This document shows, one piece after another, positions 1-9,777 of a stretch of DNA of 64,000 bases. The stretch is from an uncultured Clostridium sp. Its GTDB lineage: Bacteria; Bacillota; Clostridia; Christensenellales; CAG-138. The position numbers were made by a program, and so were the translations under genes. The DNA is taken from NCBI GenBank assembly GCA_900542285.1, contig UQNF01000001.1, positions 72,663-136,662 on the forward strand, given 5' to 3'. Numbering within the stretch: position 1 is the stretch's first letter; each line of letters opens with the position of its first letter. The notes under the pieces are model-generated. The model did not search any database. It was given only the letters and a program-made list of their open reading frames with translations, and had not been told where the DNA came from.

Positions 1-1089
1 ATAGAGCTTGGCTACCGTTATTGCGACAGAGGAACAAAATTCGTTTGCATCGGCGGAACCAACGGCAAGACCACCACGACAATGCTTACCGGCGAGATCT
101 TCAAGGCGTATCATGAGCATATCGGCGCCGGAAGAGCCTTCGTGCTCGGAAACATCGGAGTACCCATCACCGCTCATGCGCTCGAGACAAGAGCAGGCGA
201 TACTGTCGTAGCGGAAACCGCCTCACTGCAGTTCGAGAGCATATCGGAATTCCGCTGCAATGCCGCAGGTCTTCTCAATATCACCGAGGACCATATCAAC
301 CGTTTCGGCAGCATGGAGGCCTATATCGCCGCCAAGATGAGGATGTTTGAAAACCAGACCGAGGACGATTTTGCCGCCCTCAATCTGGATGATCCAATCG
401 TATCCGCAGCAAAAACAAAAGCCCACAAGCTCTTCTTCTCGTTAGAAACCGAGGTTGAAGAGGGTGCATTCGTCCGCAACGGTATGATAGTCTTCCGTAT
501 GAACGGAAAGGAGACAGAGCTGCTTCCTGCCGATGAGATTGGACTCATTGGTAGGCACAACCTTCAGAACGCACTGTGCGCAGTCTGTCTGTCAATGGCG
601 ATGGGCGTACCTGCTGAGATCATCAGCGGAGTACTTCGCTCCTTCAGGGGCGTTGAACACAGGATAGAGTTCACAAGGCTCTATCATGGCATCACCTTCT
701 ATAACGACTCCAAGGGTACCAATCCCGAATCCACAATAAAGGCAGTCGAGGCCATGAAGCAGCCAACCATTCTGCTGTTGGGTGTCGGCAACTATGATAA
801 GCAAAGCGATTATCGCCCGGTTTTCAGATGCTTTAACGGTAAGGTCAAGGCATGCATAGTCAACGGCTCCAACACCGATGCCATTCTTCAGGCGGCTGCT
901 GATGAAGGTTATTCCAACATCCATGCCTGCATCGGCGGTCTTGACGAGATGATCTATGAGTCCGTTGAAATGGCTGAGCCCGGTGACGCAGTTCTGCTCT
1001 CGCCTGCCTGCGCAAGCTGGGGTATGTTCACCGATTATGAAGAACGAGGCAGAGTTTTCAAGAAGATCGTAAATTCTCTCAAGGATTGA
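1..1089 (+). CDS. murD: UDP-N-acetylmuramoyl-L-alanine--D-glutamate ligase MurD (5' end lies outside the window)
   Basis: Frame 1 is open from base 1. The translation reads ...FVCIGGTNGKTTTTMLTGEIF (Mur-ligase GxxGKT P-loop), then NLQNALCAV, DSKGTNPEST and a Mur-ligase C-terminal domain. It sits upstream of ftsW-ftsQ-ftsA-ftsZ. Confidence 0.9.
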   Translation: MELGYRYCDRGTKFVCIGGTNGKTTTTMLTGEIFKAYHEHIGAGRAFVLGNIGVPITAHALETRAGDTVVAETASLQFESISEFRCNAAGLLNITEDHINRFGSMEAYIAAKMRMFENQTEDDFAALNLDDPIVSAAKTKAHKLFFSLETEVEEGAFVRNGMIVFRMNGKETELLPADEIGLIGRHNLQNALCAVCLSMAMGVPAEIISGVLRSFRGVEHRIEFTRLYHGITFYNDSKGTNPESTIKAVEAMKQPTILLLGVGNYDKQSDYRPVFRCFNGKVKACIVNGSNTDAILQAAADEGYSNIHACIGGLDEMIYESVEMAEPGDAVLLSPACASWGMFTDYEERGRVFKKIVNSLKD

Positions 1090-1114
1090 GTCATCGAACT
1101 TTTTCGAGGTAAAA

Positions 1115-2332
1115 ATGACTGGGAAAATCATCAGCAACAGGCAACAAAAGAATCACAGCTTCAGGAGCTTCATTTCGGGCAGGAATGCGGAGACCATTCA
1201 GCTTCCGGCAGTTAAGAAGCACGGCCTTGATTATCCGCTGTTGATTGCGGTGATACTCATCTGCGCCTTCGGCATCGTCATGCTGTTCTCCGCCAGCTAC
1301 TACTATGCGGAGCTTACGCAGGGCGATGGTCTTCATTATGTGCGAACACAGAGCATATTTTTGTTTTTCGGACTTATCGGTATGCTCTTGCTATCGCATG
1401 TTCCCTATACATTCTATTCAAATAAATGGGTGGCACTTTCGCTGTATGCCGCATTGATCGTCTCCCTGCTCGCTGTCAAGCTCGTAGGCGTGGAGCTTCA
1501 AGGCTCCAAGCGTTGGCTGAGCCTTGGTTTCACGACCGTGCAGCCGTCGGAGTTTTCTAAGATTATACTAACCATTTGTATGGGGGGCTATGCTGCAAAG
1601 CACGTTAAGGATATCCACAGCTTTTCAAGAGGTCTGCTCCCAATGCTGCTCATGGTTGCGGTTCCGGTCGTTTTCATCTACATGCAGCCCAACCTTTCGA
1701 TGCTGCTGATCCTGATGATCAATTTCCTAATCTTCGCATTCGTTTGCGGTTGTGATTGGCGCTGGCTTTTGGGAATGTGTATTGTCGGAACCGGAGCAGT
1801 TGTCATCTATCTGCTTCTTAAGGGTAACTATCAATCGCAGCGTTTTTTCCTGGCGACAATGAGTTGGGAGGAACTTCAGGAGCTTTCCGGCAACGAGTCC
1901 TTTCAGATAGTTCAATCACTTTATGCGTTTGCAAACGGTGGTCTGTTCGGGCAGGGTTTTGACGCGAGCAGACAAAAGCTCCTGTTCCTGCCGTATCGTG
2001 AAAGCGACTATATCCTTCCCATCATTGCAGAGGAACTGGGGTTTGTCGCAGTGCTGTTGCTGCTCGCCGCATACTTCTTTATCATCTATCGTGGATTGAG
2101 GATAGCAAGCAATTGTAAGGAACGCTTCGGTTCGTTGCTTGCGGTTGGAATATCCACGGCAATAGGCGTGCAGGTCTTTATCAATGCAGCAGTCGTTTCC
2201 AACCTGCTTCCGGCAACGGGGCAGACGCTGCCGTTCATAAGCTCAGGAGGTACTTCCCTATTCGCATACCTTGTGAGCGTCGGAATACTGCTCAACGTTT
2301 CAAGATATACCGAAAGGAATAAAGCAAACTAA
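1115..2332 (+). CDS. ftsW: SEDS-family peptidoglycan glycosyltransferase (FtsW/SpoVE/RodA family)
   Basis: 405-aa polytopic membrane protein with SEDS-like blocks (GSKRWLSLGFTTVQPSEFSKI; LPATGQTLPFISSGGTS). It lies in the dcw cluster right after murD. Confidence 0.85.
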   Translation: MTGKIISNRQQKNHSFRSFISGRNAETIQLPAVKKHGLDYPLLIAVILICAFGIVMLFSASYYYAELTQGDGLHYVRTQSIFLFFGLIGMLLLSHVPYTFYSNKWVALSLYAALIVSLLAVKLVGVELQGSKRWLSLGFTTVQPSEFSKIILTICMGGYAAKHVKDIHSFSRGLLPMLLMVAVPVVFIYMQPNLSMLLILMINFLIFAFVCGCDWRWLLGMCIVGTGAVVIYLLLKGNYQSQRFFLATMSWEELQELSGNESFQIVQSLYAFANGGLFGQGFDASRQKLLFLPYRESDYILPIIAEELGFVAVLLLLAAYFFIIYRGLRIASNCKERFGSLLAVGISTAIGVQVFINAAVVSNLLPATGQTLPFISSGGTSLFAYLVSVGILLNVSRYTERNKAN

Positions 2333-2340
2333 GGCTGCCT

Positions 2341-3453
2341 ATGGATAACGAAAGAAAAGAAAACGCTGATAATATCGAAAGCAAAAAAAGCGGAGACCGC
2401 AATGACCGATCCGGGCAGAACGGTGATTCATCCCGCCGCAGTCAAAGCGGCTTCGTTGATGATGATCTTCTCTTTCCGAACGCAGAAAACGTAAGCGAGA
2501 TATTTGATGCTTCCGATGCTTCCGAAGCCTTTGATTCAGCGCAGCAGTCCCCTCGTGTCCGCAGGCGCAGATCATCCGACAGCTACTATCGTGATATTAA
2601 GTTCACCGATGAGCCTAAGAAACGCCGGAAAGATGCTCCCGACGACATAGACTCCATGAGCATCAACGCAAGCGGTTTCAGTCTCGAGTCAAAGAAAAAG
2701 CACGCAAACTTTAAGGAGATCCTGAAGCTTATTGCCAAGCTCGCTCTCATCGCCGCTGTTATTTTCGGTCTGATAATGCTGTATAAGCTTCTGCATGTGA
2801 AATCGGTTACGGTGAGCGGAAGCCTGAAGTACAGCGAAACTCAGCTGCTGAGCCAAAGCGGGATACAGAACGGAGCATTTATTCTTTCTTACACTAAGGA
2901 AAAGGTCGAGGATAGCTTTGAAAAAATACCTGATGTCAGCGTCGTAAGCTTTAGGCGCGTATTGCCGAACAGCATCGAGATTACCGTGGTCGATAAGGAC
3001 GCACGCGCAGCTCTGCCCGCTGCAAACGGAGGGTACACCCTGATAAGCGCAGACGGTTATGTTATTAGCTCCGGCATTGAAAGCGCCGACGGTCTTGTGC
3101 TCGTTCGCGGTCTTTCCGGCAAGAGCTATGCAGTCGGCAGCTATATCAATCTGGATTCCGACAGCGCATCCGAAGCTGCAGTGATAAGGCTTCTGGAGGC
3201 TGTCAACGTGAGTACACTTGCCCACTTCGTTACGGCGATAGACCTTTCAAACTCGTCCTGCATCAAGCTTGAGATCGGCAGCAGCTTCACGATCATTCTT
3301 GGCGATTGTGTCGAAGCATATCAGAACATCACGACCGCCGCAAAGGCTTACGAATATTTTAGCAGGGAGTATCCTGAAGGAGGAATTATTAATGTGTTCA
3401 CAGGCTCAACGATAGTTGATTTTACTCCCTCAAGGACCGAAAACGGAGCTTGA
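2341..3453 (+). CDS. ftsQ: Cell division protein FtsQ/DivIB-like (POTRA domain)
   Basis: 370 aa. About 135 aa of charged low-complexity N-terminus, one TM segment (LIAKLALIAAVIFGLIMLY), then a POTRA-like VKSVTVSGSLKYSETQLL. It sits immediately upstream of ftsA. Confidence 0.7.
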   Translation: MDNERKENADNIESKKSGDRNDRSGQNGDSSRRSQSGFVDDDLLFPNAENVSEIFDASDASEAFDSAQQSPRVRRRRSSDSYYRDIKFTDEPKKRRKDAPDDIDSMSINASGFSLESKKKHANFKEILKLIAKLALIAAVIFGLIMLYKLLHVKSVTVSGSLKYSETQLLSQSGIQNGAFILSYTKEKVEDSFEKIPDVSVVSFRRVLPNSIEITVVDKDARAALPAANGGYTLISADGYVISSGIESADGLVLVRGLSGKSYAVGSYINLDSDSASEAAVIRLLEAVNVSTLAHFVTAIDLSNSSCIKLEIGSSFTIILGDCVEAYQNITTAAKAYEYFSREYPEGGIINVFTGSTIVDFTPSRTENGA

Positions 3454-3547
3454 TACATTTGCACTTCCGCAGGTGTCATGTGCCGGATCGTCCGTTTCGC
3501 TTTCAGCAAAAATGCTGAATTATTACTTATTTTTCCTTAATTGGCTA

Positions 3548-3576
3548 TTGCAATGCATACATTATTCATGTATAAT
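3548..3576 (+). promoter_or_regulatory. Candidate sigma-A promoter upstream of ftsA-ftsZ
   Basis: TTGCAA (3548-3553), 17-nt spacer, TATAAT (3571-3576), about 95 nt upstream of the ftsA ATG. Confidence 0.5.
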
Positions 3577-3670
3577 AATGTATATGGCGAAAGACATATA
3601 TATTTAATTTTATGTCTTGTCTGGTTGCTTTGGCAGCTTTGCAAGCATTAGCCTGTCCGGAGAATCGCGT

Positions 3671-4858
3671 ATGAAGTGTACCTCTGTAATCGACATAGGA
3701 AGCAGCAAGGTAAGCTGCTGTACGATAAGCCTCGGGGCAAAAGGAATCCCGACGGTTCGAGGCTTCTGCTCCTGCGCCTATTCCGGCTATTATTTGGGCG
3801 GTATGCCCAGGACAAGCTCCCTTTTCCAGGCAATATCGACAGCTGTTGCGCATTGCGAAGCGGAGTCCAAGCAGAGAATATCGAGCGTCAGCATCGGTAT
3901 TCCTGCATCATTTACCAAAACCAGGATCTCAGCTGCAAAGCTCGAATCCCGGTTCGGAGGTGCCAGGATCTCGGAGCCTGATATTGACAAGCTCATTCTT
4001 CTGTCCTCCCCGATGAATCCCCCCAAGGGCTATTCGCTGATCCACAGCACTCCGTTCGATTATGTTGTCAATGGAAGTGAAAGGGTGGCCGAACCGGTCG
4101 GAGCGTTTGCACAATCCCTTGAAGCAAGCGTTTCGCATATATATGCCGATAACGCACTGTTGAAGCTGCTGAACGAATGCTTCACCAAGCTTGGGATATC
4201 AATTGAGTTGTTCGCCGCATCATCATTAACGGATGCCCACTATATCATCCCGGAGGAGATGCGTCGTGACGGAGCAGTTCTCATCGACTGCGGCGGCAAT
4301 GTTTGCGACGTCAGCCTGATAAGAAACGATGCGGTCTTTGAAACGATTTCCATCGGCATGGGCGGAAGCCATATTACCAACGACCTTGCCATCAGATTAA
4401 GGCTTTCCGACTCCGCTGCGGACGAGCTTAAACGCCACTACGGCTTCTATTACACCGATCTGCGACAGTATCGCAGGGTCTTCGTTCCCAATGAGGGTTA
4501 TGTATCGGTCAAGAATTCGGTGACCGCTTCCATAATCGAATCCAGAGTGAAGGAATTGGCAAGCCATGTTTCAGAGTCTATCGGCGAGCTTGTAGCGGAT
4601 GCAGCGGACACGCCTGTCTATATTACGGGCGGAGGTATTGCTCCTCTGTCAGGGGGCATTGAATTCTTCAGCGAGTGCATCGGCCTTGAAATTAACGACT
4701 GCGTGCCCTATTCGGCTTTCGAAGAGGATGATGACATCTACGGAAAAATATCCGCATATGCACTTGCGGACTTCATTCTGTACGAGAGCAGGAGCGTTGC
4801 CCGCGCTAACGGGCGTCTGTTTACCGGAATCAAACAAATTCTGACCAAAAAGTCTTAG
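3671..4858 (+). CDS. ftsA: Cell division protein FtsA (actin-like ATPase)
   Basis: Begins MKCTSVIDIGSSKV (phosphate-1 DxGS), with LIDCGGNVCDVS and SIGMGGSHITNDLA; directly upstream of ftsZ. I chose the ATG at 3671 over the ORF-track start at 3617, so the exact start is uncertain. Confidence 0.8.
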   Translation: MKCTSVIDIGSSKVSCCTISLGAKGIPTVRGFCSCAYSGYYLGGMPRTSSLFQAISTAVAHCEAESKQRISSVSIGIPASFTKTRISAAKLESRFGGARISEPDIDKLILLSSPMNPPKGYSLIHSTPFDYVVNGSERVAEPVGAFAQSLEASVSHIYADNALLKLLNECFTKLGISIELFAASSLTDAHYIIPEEMRRDGAVLIDCGGNVCDVSLIRNDAVFETISIGMGGSHITNDLAIRLRLSDSAADELKRHYGFYYTDLRQYRRVFVPNEGYVSVKNSVTASIIESRVKELASHVSESIGELVADAADTPVYITGGGIAPLSGGIEFFSECIGLEINDCVPYSAFEEDDDIYGKISAYALADFILYESRSVARANGRLFTGIKQILTKKS

Positions 4859-4870
4859 GAGGATACCATA

Positions 4871-6283
4871 ATGCCTTTAGAGTTTCAAATAGATAACGAT
4901 ACTGCCAATATTGCCCAAATCAAGGTTGTAGGAGTCGGAGGCGCAGGCGGCAATGCCGTAAACCGTATGATCGACTATGGCCTTAAGGGGGTTGAATTTA
5001 TTTCTGTCAATACCGACCATCAGGCCCTTTACAAGTCCAAAGCCGATGTGAAGGTTCAAATCGGCGAAAAGGCAACCGGCAAGCTTGGCGCAGGCTCAGA
5101 CCCCGCTGTCGGCAAGGCCGCTGCTGAGGAAAGCCGCGATGCTATTACCGATGTGCTCCGCGGAGCCGATCTCGTATTCATTACGGCAGGCATGGGCGGC
5201 GGAACCGGCACAGGTGCCTCCCCGATCATTGCCGAAATTGCCAGAGAGCTTGGCATTTTAACCGTCGCAGTGGTTACTAAGCCCTTTGAATTTGAGGGAA
5301 AAAACCGTGCAAACTCCGCAATCAGCGGTATTCGCTCGCTGCGTGATGTTGTCGATACGCTGATAATCATTCCTAATCAGAAGCTTGTCTCCATAGTTGG
5401 CAAACGCCCCATGCGTGAAGCTTTCATGGTTGCGGACGATGTTCTGCGCCAGGGTGTTCAGGGCATTTGTGATATCATCACACATCCCGACACAATCAAC
5501 AGCGACTTTGCCGATGTCCGCACCATCATTTCCGCAAAGGGTATGGCGCACATGGGTATCAGCACTGCTTCCGGTGATGACCGCTGCGTCACCGCAGCCA
5601 GACAGGCCATCAACAGCCCCATGCTCGAAACCTCTATCGACGGAGCCAAGGGCGTGCTGTTCAACGTTGTCGGCGATCCTTCCCTCTCTATGGAAGAGAT
5701 CGACGAGGCCGGACGTCTCATTCGTGATGCTGTCGACCCCAATGCCAACTTCATATTCTCTATGGGCATTGACGATAACCTCGAGGATGAAGTCCGTATC
5801 ACGGTTATTGCAACCGGGTTTGAATACTCCGATGAATACCTTGATCCCAAGGCTGAACCTGCGAAGGAAGAGGCGCAGCCTGCCGAACCGAAGTCCGCTC
5901 AGGATGATCAGGCGGCTTGCCCCGGCGAGAATGAAGACGACAACTATGATCAGGATTTTTCCGACCTTGACGAGCCCGATCTCACACAGCCCTTTGAGCC
6001 GCCGGCCGGTGGCTATCGCCGCAGATCCTATTCCGGAGCGGATACCACCGAACGCAGGCGTGCAACTCCTATCCCCAACTCCCGCAATCGTTTTGAACCA
6101 TCCGAGCCCTCGGACAGTAGAGTGATTGACGAGCTCGATCCTGACGGAACGCCAGCTTCCGGTGCACGCAGCACAGAGCGTAAGCGCAGTTCCGGTTTCG
6201 ATTCCAGAAAGCAGTCCGGTTCAGACCTCGATTTTCCCTCATGCCTGAGGCCCAACAGAAGGGGCCCCGGCGGTAAAAAGTAA
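4871..6283 (+). CDS. ftsZ: Cell division GTPase FtsZ with a long C-terminal linker
   Basis: [13 protein letters not shown], tubulin signature [10 protein letters not shown] and NSDFADV. An RBS (AGGAGG) precedes the ATG. The C-terminal DLDFPSCLR matches the conserved FtsZ C-terminal peptide and is followed by a basic tail. Confidence 0.97.
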   Translation: MPLEFQIDNDTANIAQIKVVGVGGAGGNAVNRMIDYGLKGVEFISVNTDHQALYKSKADVKVQIGEKATGKLGAGSDPAVGKAAAEESRDAITDVLRGADLVFITAGMGGGTGTGASPIIAEIARELGILTVAVVTKPFEFEGKNRANSAISGIRSLRDVVDTLIIIPNQKLVSIVGKRPMREAFMVADDVLRQGVQGICDIITHPDTINSDFADVRTIISAKGMAHMGISTASGDDRCVTAARQAINSPMLETSIDGAKGVLFNVVGDPSLSMEEIDEAGRLIRDAVDPNANFIFSMGIDDNLEDEVRITVIATGFEYSDEYLDPKAEPAKEEAQPAEPKSAQDDQAACPGENEDDNYDQDFSDLDEPDLTQPFEPPAGGYRRRSYSGADTTERRRATPIPNSRNRFEPSEPSDSRVIDELDPDGTPASGARSTERKRSSGFDSRKQSGSDLDFPSCLRPNRRGPGGKK

Positions 6284-6294
6284 TTATTACCTTC

Positions 6295-6326
6295 GAGTCG
6301 CCACTTTTTGTGGCGGCTCGGTTTAT
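6295..6326 (+). terminator. Stem-loop downstream of ftsZ
   Basis: GAGTCGCCAC-TTTTT-GTGGCGGCTC (10 bp with one G-U pair) followed by GGTTTATAT. The U-tract is weak. Confidence 0.55.
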
Positions 6327-6401
6327 ATGCAAATTATAAAACGTTCTCCGTCTTGTTTACTTTTATTCCTTGATGTGCTATACTGCTTTCGGAGGATTAT
6401 T

Positions 6402-7106
6402 ATGGCAAAGTTCAAAGTTGACAATCAAATTATTCATTACGAAGTTGTTGGTTCTTCCGATTTCGAGCAGAAGACCCCCATCCTTATGCTGCACGGAAAC
6501 GGCGAGGACATGCATATCTATGATAAGGTCATCTCTCGTTTCGGGGACTCGGAATGCTTTGTTCTAATGGACAGCCGCTTGCATGGCGAATCCGAACCGA
6601 CTGAAGAGGGTTCGCGTCACCTAAGCTATGAAAGAATGGCCGATGATGCGATAGAGCTGATGAAGCATCTTGGCATTCATGAATACAATATTGTAGGTTA
6701 TTCTGACGGAGGGATCATTGCCCTCATCATGGCGAAAAAGACCTATGACGTCTCTAAGGTCATTGCTATAGGAGTCAACGCAAACCCCGGCGGCCTTACT
6801 CCGGCGGCACTGAGGAATATCAAGTCCGCTTACGGAAAAGCCAAGCGCAAGCACCGCGAAATGCTTATGGAGTATAACAGGCTTATGCTGGAGGAGCCCA
6901 ATATCACGCTCAGCGACCTGTCTCGCATAGTTGCCGAAGTGACCATCCTGCTTGGCGCAAAGGACAAGTTCATCATCCGAAAGCACAGCGAATCGATTGC
7001 CGATGCTCTGCCCCACTGTTCTCATGTTCTGGTGCCGGATGCCGGGCATGATATTCCGGAGACTCATCCGCAGCTTCTGTCCGACTATATACGCACATTG
7101 CTTTGA
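6402..7106 (+). CDS. Alpha/beta-fold hydrolase
   Basis: ATG at 6402 with GGAGG 7 nt upstream. HGNGED oxyanion region, nucleophile elbow GYSDGG, and C-terminal DAGHD (catalytic His context). Confidence 0.75.
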   Translation: MAKFKVDNQIIHYEVVGSSDFEQKTPILMLHGNGEDMHIYDKVISRFGDSECFVLMDSRLHGESEPTEEGSRHLSYERMADDAIELMKHLGIHEYNIVGYSDGGIIALIMAKKTYDVSKVIAIGVNANPGGLTPAALRNIKSAYGKAKRKHREMLMEYNRLMLEEPNITLSDLSRIVAEVTILLGAKDKFIIRKHSESIADALPHCSHVLVPDAGHDIPETHPQLLSDYIRTLL

Positions 7107-7245
7107 TTTGCGGTCAGTCGAAAATATATTTTGTTTTTTCGAAGGAAATCGCTTTTTTGTTCAACCAACCGGAGCTTCCGTTCGTTATATTGTCAGATGA
7201 CGGCAAGCAAGAACCTCATCTTTCATGGTTTCCTTCCTATAATAC

Positions 7246-7288
7246 AAAAAAGAAAGAGAGCTGTAGGCGGCAGCTCTTCTTCTTTTTT
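7246..7288. terminator. Bidirectional-looking stem-loop flanked by A- and T-tracts
   Basis: AAAAAAGAAAG-AGAGCTG-TAGGCGG-CAGCTCT-TCTTCTTTTTT. Confidence 0.55.
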
Positions 7289-7448
7289 ATGCGGATTTTC
7301 ACTATTGCATCGCTGCAGGATCATCCTCATTTTTCATTGTTTTGAGACCGTAACGCAGCCGGCATGCATGGCATAACAAATGTATCGTGCTATCCCATCC
7401 GATTCGAATCCATGTTATCAAGGCAGAACAAAGGAAAATAGGAAAAAA

Positions 7449-7484
7449 GCCTGCCCTTCGAAAACGAAGGGCAGGCTTTTATTT
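7449..7484 (-). terminator. Rho-independent terminator of the ferredoxin gene
   Basis: GCCTGCCCTTCG-AAAA-CGAAGGGCAGGC, a perfect 12-bp stem with T-runs on both strands, 25 nt past the ferredoxin stop. Confidence 0.8.
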
Positions 7485-7501
7485 TAGGTCATCCCAATGA
7501 A

Positions 7502-7672
7502 TCAGTCATTGGTGGGTGCTCCGACAGGGCAGACTCCGGCGCAGGTGCCGCACTCTACACACAGATCGGGATTGATCTCGTACTTGCCATCGCCTTCGGA
7601 AATGGCACTTACGGGGCATTCTGCTGCGCATGCGCCACAGGCGATGCATGCATCGGTAATGCGATAAGCCAT
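7502..7672 (-). CDS. Clostridial-type 2x[4Fe-4S] ferredoxin (56 aa; below the ORF-track cutoff)
   Basis: My own translation: MAYRITDACIACGACAAECPVSAISEGDGKYEINPDLCVECGTCAGVCPVGAPTND, with two CxxCxxCxxxCP motifs. GGAGG lies 8 nt upstream of the ATG (7670-7672) and a strong terminator follows. Confidence 0.9.
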   Translation of the reverse strand: MAYRITDACIACGACAAECPVSAISEGDGKYEINPDLCVECGTCAGVCPVGAPTND

Positions 7673-7725
7673 TGAAATTACCTCCTAATTAGATATGGTA
7701 AAAGCATTCAGCTTTACCCATATCT

Positions 7726-7753
7726 ATTTTACCATTGATTTTGATAAAATCAA
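7726..7753 (-). promoter_or_regulatory. Candidate promoter for the ferredoxin gene
   Basis: On the minus strand: TTGATT, 16 nt, TGgTAAAAT (extended -10). Confidence 0.4.
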
Positions 7754-7801
7754 GTACTATTTGCTTCAAGAGGTCAAAATCAAAAAAATGATTACCCTGA
7801 C

Positions 7802-8080
7802 TTACTCGTTCTCCATGGCATCCTTGAGAGCCTTGCCGGGCTTGAAGCTTACGGAACGGCTTGCTTCGATCTCGATGGTCTCTCCGGTCATGGGATTACG
7901 GCCCTTCCTTGCAGGACGTTCGCGTACATCAAAGCAGCCGAAGCCAACGATCTGAACCTTCTCGCCCTTTTCGAGCTCTTCGATGATAAGGTCAAAGACT
8001 GCGTTGACCGCAAGATCGGCATCCTTGCGTGTAAGGCGGCACTTGCCGGCAAGAGCCTGGATAAGTTGAGCTTTATTCAT
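7802..8080 (-). CDS. hup: DNA-binding protein HU
   Basis: 92 aa: MNKAQLIQALAGKCRLTRKDADLAVNAVFDLIIEELEKGEKVQIVGFGCFDVRERPARKGRNPMTGETIEI... The ATG at 8078-8080 is preceded by GGAGG. The ORF-track extension to 8221 has no support. Confidence 0.95.
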   Translation of the reverse strand: MNKAQLIQALAGKCRLTRKDADLAVNAVFDLIIEELEKGEKVQIVGFGCFDVRERPARKGRNPMTGETIEIEASRSVSFKPGKALKDAMENE

Positions 8081-8192
8081 TGATGAATTCCTCCGAAATT
8101 TTGACTTTGTAATTGTATTGACCCCTACGGTCGGGATTACGGTATCTACAACCGCTTTTGTCCGGTGATTGTCCGTACAAACAACGCTAAAT

Positions 8193-8221
8193 ATTTTAAC
8201 AGTCTTACCGCAAAAACGCAA
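8193..8221 (-). promoter_or_regulatory. Candidate promoter for hup
   Basis: On the minus strand: TTGCGT, 17 nt, TAAAAT, about 110 nt upstream of the hup ATG. Confidence 0.4.
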
Positions 8222-8275
8222 TAGTTTTATGGTATATTTTCAGGTTTTTTTAACGGATTCGGAATGTTTTAAGCA

Positions 8276-9766
8276 TTATATCTCATCTTGCTTTTCACTG
8301 AGCTTGATTCTGTCCCAATAGGAATCCATTTCAGTCAGACTCATTCCTTCAAGACGCTTGCCCTCTGAGAGTATAAGCGCTTCCATACTAATAAACCTTT
8401 TCATGAACTTATCCGTTGCAGCGGACAGCGCAAGCTCCGGATCGACCTTAACAAGCCGCGCCACATTAACGCAGGCAAAGAGAAGATCGCCTATCTCCTC
8501 CGCAAGATTCTCCTTGTCCCCACTGTTTATCGTGGCAAGCACCTCATCCGCTTCCTCATGGACCTTTGGCAGAGCCATAGCGGCATTGTCAAAGTCGAAA
8601 CCGACGTTGGCAGCCTTCTTCTGGATCTTGCTGCTTCGCATAAGCGCAGGGAAGGCGGCAGGGATCGAGCGCATGGTATCCGCAACGGTATCCTGATGCT
8701 TTTCCTTCTTCTTAAGTGCCTCCCAGTTGACAAGCACATCATCAGCGGAATTGACCTTGACTTCACCAAATACATGCGGATGACGATAGATAAGCTTGTT
8801 AACTATTCCGGAGATGACATCAATCATATTGAATTCCCGGCGTTCCTCCTCGATAATCGCATGGAATACCACCTGAAGCAGCAGATCTCCCAGCTCCTCC
8901 TCAAGAGCGGTAACATCCTCGCGGTCTATTGCGTCGAGAACCTCATAGCTCTCTTCGATAAGTGAAGATCTAAGGCTTAAATGGGTCTGCTCTGCATCCC
9001 AGGGACATCCTCCCGGGGCGCGCAGCCTGTGCATGACTTCCATAAGACCGTCCATTCCATGCCTTGCACGCTGCATCAGCGAACACTTGGGTACTACCAA
9101 AACCGTTGCCGCATCGAATTTTGGAGCGTTTTCTGGGAAATCCAGTCTGCAAAGTGGGAGATTCTCCGCTATGTAGCCACAGCAGGGATTGAGCGTGCAG
9201 AGGAAAACCTCATGCTCGTCAGGATATAATTCCAAAAGCTTAAGCTTTACATCCCCCGCCATGAGCAGGCTGTCAATCTCTTCAACTATAAGCTCGTTAT
9301 TTGTATCGTTCACCGACAGTGACATTGCGGAGCTGATAGAATACTCACATTCATCCACATCGAAACCCTGATTCAGGCAAGCGGACAACGCAGCCTCGGC
9401 ATAGCCCTGCGAAGGTATGATGCTAAAAGAAAACCCTCTGTCTGTAGCGTACTGGCGAAGTTTACTCATAAGAGCGGAGTTTATTCCCCTGTTCAGCACA
9501 GCATACGAGCAGCTTCCGCCGGAGGTCAACCTGTCCGCAAGCCTCTCGTTCAGTTCATCAAAATCAGAGCTCTCATCGTACAGGTCATCCATGCCGGCTG
9601 CATCGCTTCTAAGCCGAAATACTATATCGGCACAGATATGCTTTGCAGTTTGAACATACAGCTTATCAGCAGCCTTTATCGCCTCTATGCTCGCTCCGGA
9701 GATCGTACCCGGAGTCGCAAGCGGAATTATTGTTATAGTATTCATCAATTTTGCCTCGATATTCAA
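8276..9766 (-). CDS. mazG: Fused tetrapyrrole-methylase-like / MazG nucleoside triphosphate pyrophosphohydrolase (YabN type)
   Basis: 496 aa. The N-terminal half resembles the SAM-methylase-like YabN domain. The C-terminal half has tandem MazG motifs (SLIEESYEVLDAI...EELGDLLLQV and EEADEVL...EEIGDLLFACVNVAR). Confidence 0.85.
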   Translation of the reverse strand: MNIEAKLMNTITIIPLATPGTISGASIEAIKAADKLYVQTAKHICADIVFRLRSDAAGMDDLYDESSDFDELNERLADRLTSGGSCSYAVLNRGINSALMSKLRQYATDRGFSFSIIPSQGYAEAALSACLNQGFDVDECEYSISSAMSLSVNDTNNELIVEEIDSLLMAGDVKLKLLELYPDEHEVFLCTLNPCCGYIAENLPLCRLDFPENAPKFDAATVLVVPKCSLMQRARHGMDGLMEVMHRLRAPGGCPWDAEQTHLSLRSSLIEESYEVLDAIDREDVTALEEELGDLLLQVVFHAIIEEERREFNMIDVISGIVNKLIYRHPHVFGEVKVNSADDVLVNWEALKKKEKHQDTVADTMRSIPAAFPALMRSSKIQKKAANVGFDFDNAAMALPKVHEEADEVLATINSGDKENLAEEIGDLLFACVNVARLVKVDPELALSAATDKFMKRFISMEALILSEGKRLEGMSLTEMDSYWDRIKLSEKQDEI

Positions 9767-9777
9767 ATTAATTGTAT

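Noticed and set aside
7395-7420. A TTCGAATCC-containing stretch (CCGATTCGAATCCATG) reminiscent of a tRNA T-loop.
   Set aside because: It is only a 10-bp palindrome (GATTCGAATC). No flanking T-stem, acceptor stem or anticodon arm can be folded on either strand.
7107-7445. Small ORFs from the track (7103-7345, 7131-7376), 11-13-aa minus-strand mini-ORFs, and a segment bounded by two terminators that might be an sRNA.
   Set aside because: The ORFs have no RBS and give low-complexity translations. I found no convincing promoter for an independent transcript between the terminators. Only RNA-seq could revive this idea.
8081-8221. The N-terminal extension of HU proposed by the ORF track (139-aa version).
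   Set aside because: HU proteins are about 90 aa. The ATG at 8078-8080 has a GGAGG RBS, and the extension (MRFCGKTVKIFSVVCTDNHRTK...) has no homology-like features and overlaps the likely promoter.
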